Position numbers and translations under genes: made by a program
Notes under the pieces: generated by a model
Told to the model about the DNA's origin: nothing
The model's input: only the letters and a program-made list of their open reading frames with translations
Database searches by the model: none
Shown: positions 40,998 to 50,475 of the stretch, piece after piece
Layout of the letters: each line of letters starts with the position of its first letter
Position numbering within the stretch: position 1 is the first letter of the stretch
From: a bacterium
Lineage (GTDB): Bacteria > UBA8248
Assembly: GCA_965213625.1 (NCBI GenBank)
Contig: CBDBZU010000004.1
Span: 2,080,001 to 2,144,000 of the forward strand
Direction of reading: 5' to 3'
DNA length: 64,000 bases

Positions 40998-41930
40998 GTG
41001 GAAGTTTTTGAGGGAGTAAACGCCTATGATCCTGAGGATTCTCCCTCGGTTTTAAGCATCGGGAATTTCGACGGCGTTCATCTCGCTCATAGAGTGATCT
41101 GCCGACTCATCAACGAAGAGGCCGCCCGGCTCGGCGGCCGGAGCGTCATCTTGACGTTCGAGCCGCACCCGCTCTCCGTGGTCGCCCCCGAAAGACGCCC
41201 CCCTCTGATGACGACTTTAGAAGAGAAGCTGGCCCGTCTGGAAGCCCAGAATGTCGACGTCGTGGTGGTTGAGAAATTCACGCCCCGTCTGGCGCAAACC
41301 GAGGCGAGGGATTTCGTGAAGCATATTATCGACGAGGGTCTCAAAGCCGCGTTGGTGGTGATCGGCTTCAACTTCCGATTCGGAAAAGGACGCGCGGGAA
41401 ACGTCGAGCTGTTGCAGCAAGTGGGGGCCGACGCCGGTTTCGAAACGCACGTGCTGGACCCATATATGTTCGAGGGAAGACGGGTAAGTAGCACGGAGAT
41501 ACGAAAGCTCTTACTGAGCGGTGCGGTGGAGGAGGCCGCAAGCTTGCTGGGGCAGCACCACCTCATAGAAGGAAAAGTCGTGCGCGGTGATGGACGGGGC
41601 CGGCAAATCGGCATACCGACGGCCAATGTGGACTATCCCCCTATCCTGATTCCCGAAAACGGGGTGTACGCCTGCCGGGTGCAGTTAGACGGGAGGGAAG
41701 GCGTGCGGCATCCAGCCGTGACGAACATCGGGAATCGTCCCACTTTCGATAAAAGGGAAATTACTCTCGAAACCCACCTGCTGGATTGGGAAGGGGATAT
41801 TTATGAAAAATCCATTCGAGTGGAATTCGTCTCCCGCTTGCGAGAGGAGAAAAAATTCTCAGGACCCGAAGAGCTCGTGCGGCAAATTCATTTGGATATC
41901 GAAAATGGGCGGAACAAGTTGAGCGTCTAG
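40998..41930 (+). CDS. ribF: Bifunctional riboflavin kinase/FAD synthetase
   Basis: GNFDGVH.AH, TF.PHP, SST.IR, G.PTAN, NIG.RPTF, E.H. Confidence 0.97.
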   Translation: MEVFEGVNAYDPEDSPSVLSIGNFDGVHLAHRVICRLINEEAARLGGRSVILTFEPHPLSVVAPERRPPLMTTLEEKLARLEAQNVDVVVVEKFTPRLAQTEARDFVKHIIDEGLKAALVVIGFNFRFGKGRAGNVELLQQVGADAGFETHVLDPYMFEGRRVSSTEIRKLLLSGAVEEAASLLGQHHLIEGKVVRGDGRGRQIGIPTANVDYPPILIPENGVYACRVQLDGREGVRHPAVTNIGNRPTFDKREITLETHLLDWEGDIYEKSIRVEFVSRLREEKKFSGPEELVRQIHLDIENGRNKLSV

Positions 41931-42553
41931 GCAAGAAAAGCCGCCAGGCCGTCGTAGATGAAGAAAACCCCGAATCCGAGCATCACCCACGCGCAGCCTT
42001 GTTCAATTCTCAACCATCCGGTTTCACCGATCATGCGGCTCCCCTGGTTCGATGACCATGAGATGAAAACGGCCCATATCCCATCCGCCAGCAGATGGAC
42101 GGTAATCATTCCCGCCAGTCCGGCCAACCACCCGAATTCGCTCGTTCGCGCGATGAGGCTCGCGCCGATTGTAAGCCACCACAAAATCCAATATGGGTTC
42201 AAGAGGGTGAGCAATACGCCGCCGGTGAGGGAGTTGCACTCAAGAACGCTTTTTTGCTCGGGCGCAGCGGATCGGAAACTCCTGAACACGCCGCTTCCCA
42301 GATAGATGAGGACGCCGCCGCCCAGCAATGAGACGCTCTCGCGGATTCCCTGGATTTCAATGAATGGCTGAAGCCCCGCGTAGAGGCCGATGATGAGCGG
42401 AACTTCGGCCAGAGCGTGGCCGAGCGTGACCCAGATTCCGGCCCACGGACTTTGCTTGCCGCGCGCGATAAGGAATGCGGTGAGTGGCCCCGGCGACATG
42501 ACGCCGCTTAGGGAAATGACGGTGATGAATCCGTAAAAGGCGAGCAGGTTCAT
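41927..42553 (-). CDS. LysE family exporter
   Basis: SPGP, G.W..LGH..E, GG..L.YLG, NPYW..WW. Confidence 0.85.
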   Translation of the reverse strand: MNLLAFYGFITVISLSGVMSPGPLTAFLIARGKQSPWAGIWVTLGHALAEVPLIIGLYAGLQPFIEIQGIRESVSLLGGGVLIYLGSGVFRSFRSAAPEQKSVLECNSLTGGVLLTLLNPYWILWWLTIGASLIARTSEFGWLAGLAGMITVHLLADGIWAVFISWSSNQGSRMIGETGWLRIEQGCAWVMLGFGVFFIYDGLAAFLA

Positions 42554-42795
42554 GCCTTCGGTTCTGTTATGTCGAGCAGGCGGCGCAATCGTTTGACGTC
42601 CAGGTGATATTTGAACACCTTTGTTTTTCCAAGATAACCGACCGGCACCTCATCGCCGTAGAGGCGGATTAGCTCGGGATCCGTGTCCACGTCGATCTCT
42701 TCAATCGCAATATCCGGGAAATGCCGCAAAATCGCCGCCTTCGCCTCGTGGCAGAGATGGCATTCGCTTCGCGTATAGAATGTGATTTTCCGCAT
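42550..42795 (-). CDS. Glutaredoxin-like protein (DUF836-type)
   Basis: YTR..CHLC, ID.D.D.EL..YG..VPV. Confidence 0.85.
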   Translation of the reverse strand: MRKITFYTRSECHLCHEAKAAILRHFPDIAIEEIDVDTDPELIRLYGDEVPVGYLGKTKVFKYHLDVKRLRRLLDITEPKA

Positions 42796-42886
42796 CTCTT
42801 ATCATAACCTTGTCGGATTCGGGATTGTTCCGCCTTCATCGAAATATATCAAATGACGAGATAGTTTTATTCATCGACTCGAATCC

Positions 42887-42915
42887 TTGACAATGCTTTC
42901 GCCCCCCGATATAGG
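42887..42915 (+). promoter_or_regulatory. sigma70 promoter of tRNA-Leu
   Basis: TTGACA-17 bp-TATAGG about 20 nt upstream of the tRNA. Confidence 0.6.
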
Positions 42916-42935
42916 AAGTGACTACCAATCTTCTC

Positions 42936-43022
42936 GCCGGAGTGGCGGAACTGGTAGACGCGCTAGATTCAGGTTCTAGTGGGCTTCGGCCCGTGGAGGT
43001 TCAAGTCCTCTCTCCGGCACCA
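42936..43022 (+). tRNA. tRNA-Leu (anticodon CAG)
   Basis: Acceptor stem GCCGGAG/CTCCGGC plus ACCA; anticodon arm CTAGA-TTCAGGT-TCTAG; long variable arm GGGC-TTCG-GCCC; T-loop GGTTCAAGTCC. Confidence 0.98.
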
Positions 43023-43077
43023 TTAAAACAATTCTCATTCAGGCGAAGGTTCGCGCTTTCTTAATGCAGGGGGCTTC

Positions 43078-44331
43078 ATGAAGATAGTAGAAGACAAACT
43101 TTCCAACGGCATTCGCGTGGTGACGGCGGAACGCGCGGAATCGGCGGCCGTGGCGTTTCATATTTATTTTGGCTGCGGCGGCCGGCATGAACGCGACGAA
43201 GTGGTGGGCGTTTCCCATGCGCTGGAACACATGGTCTTTAAGGGCACGCCTTCGAGAACGACGCTCGACATCGCACGTGAGATGGAAGGAAACGGCGCGT
43301 CCATAAATGCCAACACCGCACCCGAGCGCACTTGTTATCACTTCACGGCGCCGGCCGATGCGTTCGCCACCGTGCTGGAAGTCTATGCGGATGCGGTGAA
43401 CAATTGCCTGTTGGACAAGGACGAGTGGGGCAGGGAGCGGATGGTCATCCTGGAAGAGTTGAAGATGTATGAGGACATGCCGCGCATCTGGGTGTCCGAT
43501 ATGCTGGAGACCACCGTCTACAACCTGCAGATGGGCGTCATCGGCAACCGCGAAACCATCAATGCAATCGAACCCGAACATATGCGCGAGTTGATAGAAA
43601 AATGGTATTCCCCTGGGAACACGGTGATCTCCGTGGCGGGAGGAGTGAAACACGAGGAGGTGATGGCGCTGTCCGAGCGGTATTTCGGGGAGCGGACCGG
43701 CAGCGAGGAAAAGCCTCTTTCCCCCGGCTTGCCCGAGGAGAGCAAGGCCAAAATCGTGGATCAGGCCCGCCAGACGGATCAGGTAAACCTCGCCATCGGG
43801 TTTCGCGCCTTTGGCCTCAATCACGAAGACGCCGCTCCCCTGCGTGTGATGTGCAACATATTGGGCGGGAAGATGAGCAGCCGACTATTCACCGAAGTGC
43901 GCGAAAAGCGGGGCCTTGCCTACAGTGTGGGCGCAGCGCCACATCGCTACACCGATACGGGTATGATTGAGTTGAAGGCAGGCGTGGCTCTCGAGAAGGC
44001 GGTGGAAGCGACCGAGGTGATGCTCTCCGAAACGGGCAAGTTCAAGAGCGAACCCGTAACGGATGAGGAACTGGCGGAAGCGAAGCGCTACATCAAGGGC
44101 AATCTCCAGATACACGAGAGTTCGCAATACCATGCCGGCCGAAACGGCTCGAATCTCATGCTCAAAGGCAAAGTTTACCCGGTGGAGGAGGAGTTAACGG
44201 ATATTGACTCCGTGGGTGAAGAAGATATCCAGCGGGTTGCTAACGAGGTTTTTCAGGAAAATGGACTCACCGGCGCCGTGATTGCGGAGAAACCACTCGG
44301 CTCCGAACTAGAGGCGGTCCTCAAGATTTAG
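43078..44331 (+). CDS. M16 family (pitrilysin-like) zinc peptidase
   Basis: Inverted zinc motif HALEH(MVFKGT), NA.T, SSRLF.EVRE.RGLAY. Confidence 0.93.
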   Translation: MKIVEDKLSNGIRVVTAERAESAAVAFHIYFGCGGRHERDEVVGVSHALEHMVFKGTPSRTTLDIAREMEGNGASINANTAPERTCYHFTAPADAFATVLEVYADAVNNCLLDKDEWGRERMVILEELKMYEDMPRIWVSDMLETTVYNLQMGVIGNRETINAIEPEHMRELIEKWYSPGNTVISVAGGVKHEEVMALSERYFGERTGSEEKPLSPGLPEESKAKIVDQARQTDQVNLAIGFRAFGLNHEDAAPLRVMCNILGGKMSSRLFTEVREKRGLAYSVGAAPHRYTDTGMIELKAGVALEKAVEATEVMLSETGKFKSEPVTDEELAEAKRYIKGNLQIHESSQYHAGRNGSNLMLKGKVYPVEEELTDIDSVGEEDIQRVANEVFQENGLTGAVIAEKPLGSELEAVLKI

Positions 44332-44351
44332 TCTTCCATACCCGGAAAATG

Positions 44352-46232
44352 CTAGCGAGCCACTCCTTCCACCGCAGGTCGTGGGCTGCCGAGCAGGATG
44401 ACGGTTCGTCTGTTCCTGGCGCGGCCGTCTTCTGTGTCGTTGCTCGCCACGGGACGGTAAAACGAATGACCGATCGCCGACATGCGCGCAGGCGATATGT
44501 TTTTCGATTCGAGGAACTTGACGATGGCGACGGCGCGCGCGAACGAGAGTTCCCAATTCGAGGGATAGCGATCGAGAAGGTTGCTCTTGATGGGCTGATC
44601 GTCGGTATGCCCTTCGATACGGATCATCTTGCCTTTTTGTTTCTGGAGAAATTCCGCGATATTTGAAAGTGCCTCGAAACTGTTTTCCTTGAGCGTGGCG
44701 CTGCCGGAATCGAACAAGAGGCTGTTCACGATGGACACGCGGAGCATGTCCTTGGTTTGTTCCAGGTTAACGGTCTGTTTTCTCAACTTGGCGTCCAACT
44801 CGCTCAGGTCCGTTTCCAGCCTTTTCGCCCGCTCGGCTTCTTCGCGCGCTTTTTTCTCCAGCACTTTCGAGCGTGCGATCGCCATCGTGTGTTTTTTGAT
44901 CGTTTCCGACAGACTCAGGTTCGTCTGATCCAGCTTGTTCTTGATGAGTTCGGCCACGGAAGTTTTCTCGGCGATGAGTAGGCTCATCTCCTGAATCTGC
45001 GCCCGTTGAAGTTCCCTGGCTTTTGAGTGGTTTCTTATTTCTTCAGCTCTTTTTCTGGCGAGTTCGGCGTTTCGCGCATTCGCATTTTCCGCCTTCGTAC
45101 GCGTCTTGCGCTCATTGTCGAGGGCTGTGCGAATTTGGGTGAGCGCAAGCTCAAGGTTTTGCGCTTTCGTTTTTTCACGCGCGATGCCGGCGTTTTTCTC
45201 CGCTATCAACTGGCTCATTTCCTGAACCTGGGTTTTGAGGAGCGTTCTTGAATCTTGAAGACGCTTCAATTCTTTGGCTTGGTTTTTCGCGAGCTTAGCG
45301 TCTTGCGCATTCGATTTTTCCGTCTTGGAGGTCGATTTCCGTGAGTTCGCTTTTTTCTGCGCGGAAGCGATAAGTTTGTCCACTCTCTGTAGCTGGGTTT
45401 CGAGTGATCCCTGGACAATTTTGAGGCGTTTTATTTCTTTCACTTGCACCGCAGCAAGTTCAAGGCTTTGTTTGGTTAATTTTTCCACCATTGACTGAGT
45501 TTTGCGGTCGCTCTTGAGATTCGCCTGGATTTGGTTGAGGGCGATTTCGAATTTACGGGCCTTTGCTTTTTCCTGATCGATAGCGACGTTTTTCTCCGCA
45601 ATGAGTCGGCTCGTCTCATTGGCCTGAGTTTCGAGACGCTTTATCTCTTCGTCTCGTTTGGCCGCCAGTTCGCTGTTTTGTGTGTTCGCCTTTTCCACCT
45701 CGGCGCGGGCCTTGCGCTCGTTCTCGAGAGAGCCGTTGAGGATGTCGAGCGTGGCCGCGAGGTTTCGGATTTTGGCTTTTTCCTGCTTGATACCGACGTT
45801 TTTCTCCGTGATGAGTCGGTTTGTCTCATTGGCCTGAGCTTCGAGGCGCTTTACCTCTTCGGCGCGCGCCTTGCGCTCATTATCGAGGGTAGCCTGGTTT
45901 TCTTTCAGAGTGGCTTCGAGACTTTGAATTTTCGCTTTACCCTGCTCGATGGCGGCGTTTTTCTCTGCAACGAGTTTGCTCAACTCTTCCATCCGCGTCT
46001 TGGCGGAGGCGCTGACGTTGGAGAATCGTGACTCCAGGCCCTTCATCTTTTGTTCTAGGTTTTTGAAACGGAGGATGTCGCTTTTGAGCTTTGCGGAACT
46101 TTCTTTTTCTGTTGAAAGTTCAGCCTCTCGTTGTTGGAGTAGATTTTTCGTCGATTGTGTTTGTTGGGCGAAATATCCTGTCCCGCCGAGAAGGACTGCG
46201 ATAATCGCCCCTATTGAGATCCGAAGACCCAA
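44352..46232 (-). CDS. OmpA/MotB-family peptidoglycan-binding protein with long repetitive coiled coil
   Basis: N-terminal TM; about 450-aa coiled coil; C-terminal LFDSGSA, IEGHTD, SNWELS..RA, NRR. Confidence 0.85.
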   Translation of the reverse strand: MGLRISIGAIIAVLLGGTGYFAQQTQSTKNLLQQREAELSTEKESSAKLKSDILRFKNLEQKMKGLESRFSNVSASAKTRMEELSKLVAEKNAAIEQGKAKIQSLEATLKENQATLDNERKARAEEVKRLEAQANETNRLITEKNVGIKQEKAKIRNLAATLDILNGSLENERKARAEVEKANTQNSELAAKRDEEIKRLETQANETSRLIAEKNVAIDQEKAKARKFEIALNQIQANLKSDRKTQSMVEKLTKQSLELAAVQVKEIKRLKIVQGSLETQLQRVDKLIASAQKKANSRKSTSKTEKSNAQDAKLAKNQAKELKRLQDSRTLLKTQVQEMSQLIAEKNAGIAREKTKAQNLELALTQIRTALDNERKTRTKAENANARNAELARKRAEEIRNHSKARELQRAQIQEMSLLIAEKTSVAELIKNKLDQTNLSLSETIKKHTMAIARSKVLEKKAREEAERAKRLETDLSELDAKLRKQTVNLEQTKDMLRVSIVNSLLFDSGSATLKENSFEALSNIAEFLQKQKGKMIRIEGHTDDQPIKSNLLDRYPSNWELSFARAVAIVKFLESKNISPARMSAIGHSFYRPVASNDTEDGRARNRRTVILLGSPRPAVEGVAR

Positions 46233-46346
46233 GGCTGTTCTCCTGCAAGGGCGATGGTAGGTGTTTCAACTTTCATATTTCTAATTCTATCACTTATTTT
46301 TTAGAAATTGGAAGAGATAAACGATAGTTGTGTCGTTATGAAAGAG

Positions 46347-46374
46347 AAGCCGGGGCTCAAAGCCCCGGCTTTTT
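46347..46374. terminator. Intrinsic terminator hairpin
   Basis: AAGCCGGGGCT-CAA-AGCCCCGGCTTTTT just past the 3' end of the BI-1 gene. Confidence 0.7.
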
Positions 46375-46392
46375 GGATGAGCGATGTACTTT

Positions 46393-47103
46393 TTAATCGC
46401 GCGAAGCGCCCAGCAAGTGCGTGAGATAAATGAACATCATGATGAAATCGAGGTAGAGTTCGAGAGCCGCCATGATGGAGGCGCGCCTGCCCGTTTCGTT
46501 GTCCGTGTCCTGGCTGTAGGCGTATTCCTTCATCTTCTGGGTGTCATAGGCTGTAAGTCCCGCAAAGATGAGAACGCCCAATACGCTGATGGCGAAATGT
46601 ACGGCGGAACTGCCCACGAAGATGTTGACGACGCTGGCGAGAATGATGCCGATGAGTCCCACCATGCAGAAATTGCCCACGCCCGATAAGTCTTTTTTCG
46701 TCACGAAGGCGAAGAGGGTCAGTCCGCCGAATGCGCCGCCGGTGACGAAAAACGCCTGAGCCACGGAAGTGAGCGTGTAGCGCAGGAGCAGGGTGGAAAC
46801 GGTGACGCCCAGCGTCGCGCTGTAGAGCAAAAACAGAACCGCGCCCACTTGCCAGCCTTTGCTCCGCATCGCCGGCCGGATGGAGAAAACCAGGGCGAGT
46901 TGAACGCCGATGACCAAAAATACCGAGATGGAGCTTCCAAAGATGAATTGAATGGCGGCGGGGCTTGATGCGACGTAGAGCGCGCTGAAGCCCGTGACGA
47001 AGAGTCCCAGCGTCATCCATCCATAGACGCGCTGCATAAATGCGGCGGCGTCTTGTGCGATGACGCGTTGTCCGGTCGAGCGAGTGAAGTCTTGAGAACG
47101 CAT
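46393..47103 (-). CDS. Bax inhibitor-1/YccA family membrane protein
   Basis: FM.RVY.WM, TKKDLS..G, IFAGLTAYDTQK.K, AL.LYLDF. Confidence 0.93.
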   Translation of the reverse strand: MRSQDFTRSTGQRVIAQDAAAFMQRVYGWMTLGLFVTGFSALYVASSPAAIQFIFGSSISVFLVIGVQLALVFSIRPAMRSKGWQVGAVLFLLYSATLGVTVSTLLLRYTLTSVAQAFFVTGGAFGGLTLFAFVTKKDLSGVGNFCMVGLIGIILASVVNIFVGSSAVHFAISVLGVLIFAGLTAYDTQKMKEYAYSQDTDNETGRRASIMAALELYLDFIMMFIYLTHLLGASRD

Positions 47104-47319
47104 TTCAGAAATCCTCCTGGATATCCAATCATTTAATATCTTAGGCGAAGCGGCCAAAGTATATTCACGAATCGTTAAATTCATACCCTTTGAATTCATG
47201 GAGTTCACCATACTCCCGCTAATATATCCCATTTAATGAATGTTTCAAGACCTAAAAATGTGGTTTCTTGCATCGGGGCCATATATAGAGTTTAAGAAAC
47301 ATTCGTGAGAAAGCGCTGG

Positions 47320-47348
47320 TTGACGCAATTAGTAAGGCCCCATATAAT
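47320..47348 (+). promoter_or_regulatory. Near-consensus sigma70 promoter of the marR-LLM operon
   Basis: TTGACG(47320-25)-17 bp-TATAAT(47343-48). Confidence 0.75.
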
Positions 47349-47382
47349 TAGGCTCCATAGCATCTGTTTTCGGAGCAAACCC

Positions 47383-47925
47383 ATGTTCTACATGAAAGAA
47401 CTGCCCAACGAGGAAGATTTCAGGCCACTCGTTCCGGAATATTCTTCTCTGGATACTTCTTCCGTTATGCTTTTTTATCTTTTCTTGCAGGTCGGCAGCG
47501 ATATGCTCACCGCCTTTGAAACGTATTTGGCCGATCACGGCGTTTCGCAGGGCAGATTCATAGTTTTGCTGTTGTTGTTGCGCTCCCAGGCTAGAAACAA
47601 CGGCTCGGGTCTCAGCCCGTCGGAGTTGGCAAGGCAAGCGGGCGTGACGCGCGCGACGATGACCGGGTTGATGAAAGGACTTCAGCGTGATGGACTCATC
47701 GGGCGCTTCAGCCACGATGGCGACAGGAGGAAAGTCATCGTGCGCCTTACGCGCAAGGGAAAAGAGAGCCTGAATGCTATTTTCCCCGATTATTACTCGC
47801 GCATAGCGGAACTCATGAATGATTTGGAGGACGATGAACGGGAGAAATTGTCCAAGCTCCTTCATAAAGTGAAGAATAAAATTTACTCATCAAAACAGGC
47901 GCTGGCCGCAAGCGCTCAAGGATGA
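47383..47925 (+). CDS. MarR family transcriptional regulator
   Basis: SQGRF.VL, SPSELA..GVTRATMT.L..L..GLI.R, DRR...V.LT..G. Confidence 0.93.
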   Translation: MFYMKELPNEEDFRPLVPEYSSLDTSSVMLFYLFLQVGSDMLTAFETYLADHGVSQGRFIVLLLLLRSQARNNGSGLSPSELARQAGVTRATMTGLMKGLQRDGLIGRFSHDGDRRKVIVRLTRKGKESLNAIFPDYYSRIAELMNDLEDDEREKLSKLLHKVKNKIYSSKQALAASAQG

Positions 47926-47959
47926 AGAAAACCCTCTGACGAGGAAGGAGAATAAGGAA

Positions 47960-49204
47960 ATGGCGAAACCCAAAGTGATTATCCAGCTATATCCCATGCT
48001 GCCGACGGAAAACCGGGAGGAGCGCGAACAGAAAAGGCCTCTGGCCAGAGACAAGGATTTGTACCATCACGTGCTTCATGAATGGACCGATATCGTGAAG
48101 GCAGCCGATGAAATGGGCGTATGGGGCATCAGCACCATCGAGCACCACCTGCATTCGGAGGGTTATGAGGTAGGCCCCAATCCAGGCGTTCTCAACGCTT
48201 GGTGGGCTAACCATGTCAAGAATGCGCGGGTGGGCGCGCTCGGTTACGTCATGGCGACTCAAGATCCGATTCGCGTGGCAGAGGAGACGGCCATACTCGA
48301 CCACATCACCAAGGGGAAGTTCTTCTGTGGTTTGGCAAGAGGGTATCAGTCCAGGTGGTCGAACGTGCTGGGACAGTTCAGCGACACCCGGGCCACTGTC
48401 TCCGACGCCCTCGGCGGGGCCGACGACGTGAAGAACCGCGACATTTTTGAAGAGCGCGTCGAGATGCTCCTGAAATTCTGGCAGGAAGATTCGGTGGAAG
48501 TGAAGGGCGATTACTACGAGATTCCTTACCCGTATGAGGACGGCATCGATTATCCGGCCTGGAAGAGCGCCCGGGACGCCGGCGCAATCGGAGAAGTCGG
48601 CGATGACAATCGGGTGCGGAGGGTGAGCGTTGTTCCCAAGCCCTATCAGGAGCCTTACCCGCCCATGTTCCAGGCCGTGAGCGCGAGCCCGGATTCCATA
48701 AAATTCGCGGCGAAGCACGGGTTCCGACCCGTGTATTTCACCAAACTGGAAAAAATGGAGGAATTCTCCCACCTCTACGTTGAGGAAGCAGCCAAGGCGG
48801 GCCACAACTTTGCGCACGGCGAGAGGCAGTGCGTCTGCCGGTGGATTCACGTAACGGACACAGAAGAAGAGTACGACGAGAAACTCAGGAAATACGATCA
48901 GGACATCTACCAGAACTTCTACGTGCCCTTCTTCCCGCAATTCCCCGACGATACGGAGAGCATCGACTGGATCCAGAACATCAAGGAAAGCGGCATCTTC
49001 CTGGGTGGTCCGGTGGACAAGCTCAAGCGCGAGTGGGAGGAAACGTACGAGAAAGTGCCTTCTGAGTTCATCACCCTGATCTGGCACTATGCGCAATGCC
49101 CCAAGGAAGAAGTCATTTACGAATTGGAAACGTTCATGACGAAAATCTGGCCCGACCTGGAGTGTCCGGTGTCGAACGGCGTCACGGTCGGCGGCGTCGC
49201 CTGA
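47960..49204 (+). CDS. LLM-class (luciferase-like) flavin-dependent oxidoreductase
   Basis: EHH.H.EG, DPIRVAEE.A.LDH...G.F..G.ARGYQ, P.P.Q.P.PP, S..FAA..G. Confidence 0.88.
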   Translation: MAKPKVIIQLYPMLPTENREEREQKRPLARDKDLYHHVLHEWTDIVKAADEMGVWGISTIEHHLHSEGYEVGPNPGVLNAWWANHVKNARVGALGYVMATQDPIRVAEETAILDHITKGKFFCGLARGYQSRWSNVLGQFSDTRATVSDALGGADDVKNRDIFEERVEMLLKFWQEDSVEVKGDYYEIPYPYEDGIDYPAWKSARDAGAIGEVGDDNRVRRVSVVPKPYQEPYPPMFQAVSASPDSIKFAAKHGFRPVYFTKLEKMEEFSHLYVEEAAKAGHNFAHGERQCVCRWIHVTDTEEEYDEKLRKYDQDIYQNFYVPFFPQFPDDTESIDWIQNIKESGIFLGGPVDKLKREWEETYEKVPSEFITLIWHYAQCPKEEVIYELETFMTKIWPDLECPVSNGVTVGGVA

Positions 49205-49219
49205 TATTTGATAACGATG

Positions 49220-49249
49220 AAGCCCCCGCATTCACTTGCGGGGGTTTTT
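49220..49249 (+). terminator. Intrinsic terminator between the LLM and cyclase genes
   Basis: CCCCCGCA-TTCACT-TGCGGGGG-TTTTT. Confidence 0.7.
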
Positions 49250-49267
49250 CGGATTGATTTTGAGGAG

Positions 49268-49987
49268 ATGAGCATGTACGAAATCATCGATCTGAGCCAG
49301 GAAATTTACACCGGAGCACCCAGGTTTCCGGGACATCCGGCAACGACGATCGAATATGTCGCCAGGCACGAAGATGCGGCCAATGCGCCGATCAAACCCA
49401 AGGACATCACGTACGCGGCCATGATGCTCCATATGTGCGATCACGGACCGACGCATACCGATTCGGTCAGCCACATCGATGAGCGCGAAACGGCGCCGAA
49501 CATCGATCAGGCGCCATTGGAATGGTTCATCACAAGGGCGGTTGCGCTGGATTTCACGGGCAAGGTGGAACCGATGGAGGAGATTTCCTTACAACTCTTG
49601 CAGGATGAACTTTCCGCAGCGGACTTGACGCCCCCCAGGGACGGCACGCTCCTCTTCACGGGCGGCCATTTCAAGCGCACCTACCCGACGGATGATTATC
49701 TGAGCACGTACCCGGGTTTGGGCTATGACGCCGCGAATTTCCTCTATCGCGAGTGCGGCGTGGTGAACATCGGCCAGGATGCGCCCAGCATCGACGCCGG
49801 CGTCAACACCATAGAACTGACGTTCCCCTGTCATGTACTTTGCCGGGAACTCCAGCGTCATAACACGGAAAATCTCGCGAACATCGAAGCCGTGGCGGGG
49901 GAGGAATTCCTCTATGTGGGGCTCCCGCTCAGGATTCGCGCAGGCACGGGCTCTCCCATACGAGCCGTCGCCGTGATGAACATTTAG
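49268..49987 (+). CDS. Cyclase/kynurenine formamidase-like metal hydrolase
   Basis: IIDLS, H..TH.D...H, D.PS.D, ENL.N, PL.I..GTGSP.RAVA. Confidence 0.88.
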   Translation: MSMYEIIDLSQEIYTGAPRFPGHPATTIEYVARHEDAANAPIKPKDITYAAMMLHMCDHGPTHTDSVSHIDERETAPNIDQAPLEWFITRAVALDFTGKVEPMEEISLQLLQDELSAADLTPPRDGTLLFTGGHFKRTYPTDDYLSTYPGLGYDAANFLYRECGVVNIGQDAPSIDAGVNTIELTFPCHVLCRELQRHNTENLANIEAVAGEEFLYVGLPLRIRAGTGSPIRAVAVMNI

Positions 49988-50107
49988 TCAAGCGGGGGCA
50001 TCCTCGCCTTCATCATGAGTGAATTGCGGGGCAACTTCCCAATCGTTCTGCATACGTTATGATTTTTTAACGAGAGGGTTCACGTTTTTTTAAGGAGGTT
50101 TTGAGAC

Positions 50108-50458
50108 ATGTTGAAGACAGTGGATTGGTATTACCACCGCTCCGGCTGAAAGACCTGCGCCAAAACGCAAGCGTTTCTTGCGGAAAATGGAATCGAGATA
50201 TCAGAGCAGGCCAGTTCCAGAAAAGACGTGGTGGATGAGGACAACGTCGATTCGCTTCTGGATGGCGTGACGGACCTGTATTCGACCAAGAGCAGGAAAG
50301 TAATTCACCTGAATCTCAAAAAAGAGAAACCTGCGCGCGAAGACGTGCTGGCTCTAGCGATGGGTCGCTCGGGCACGCTCAGGGCGCCGGTCATCAAACA
50401 TCGAAACACGCTCATCGTCGGCTTCGATGAAGATACCTACACCAAGGTATTGACGTAA
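50108..50458 (+). CDS. ArsC/Spx-like thioredoxin-fold selenoprotein (U14xxC17)
   Basis: SD TAAGGAGG, ATG 50108, MLKTVDWYYHRSG-TGA(50147)-KTC in frame with ORF 50228-50458 (LRAPVI..TLIVGF); SECIS-like hairpin 50166-50182. Confidence 0.85.
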
Positions 50459-50475
50459 ATTTTTTCTGGGACGAC

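Noticed and set aside
42936-46232. Genomic island integrated at tRNA-Leu
   Set aside because: No integrase and no duplicated tRNA 3' end seen downstream
47987-49231. 414-aa antisense ORF over the LLM gene (likewise 30333-31454, 52734-54083, 58852-60537, 60735-62318)
   Set aside because: Shadows of well-supported genes on the opposite strand
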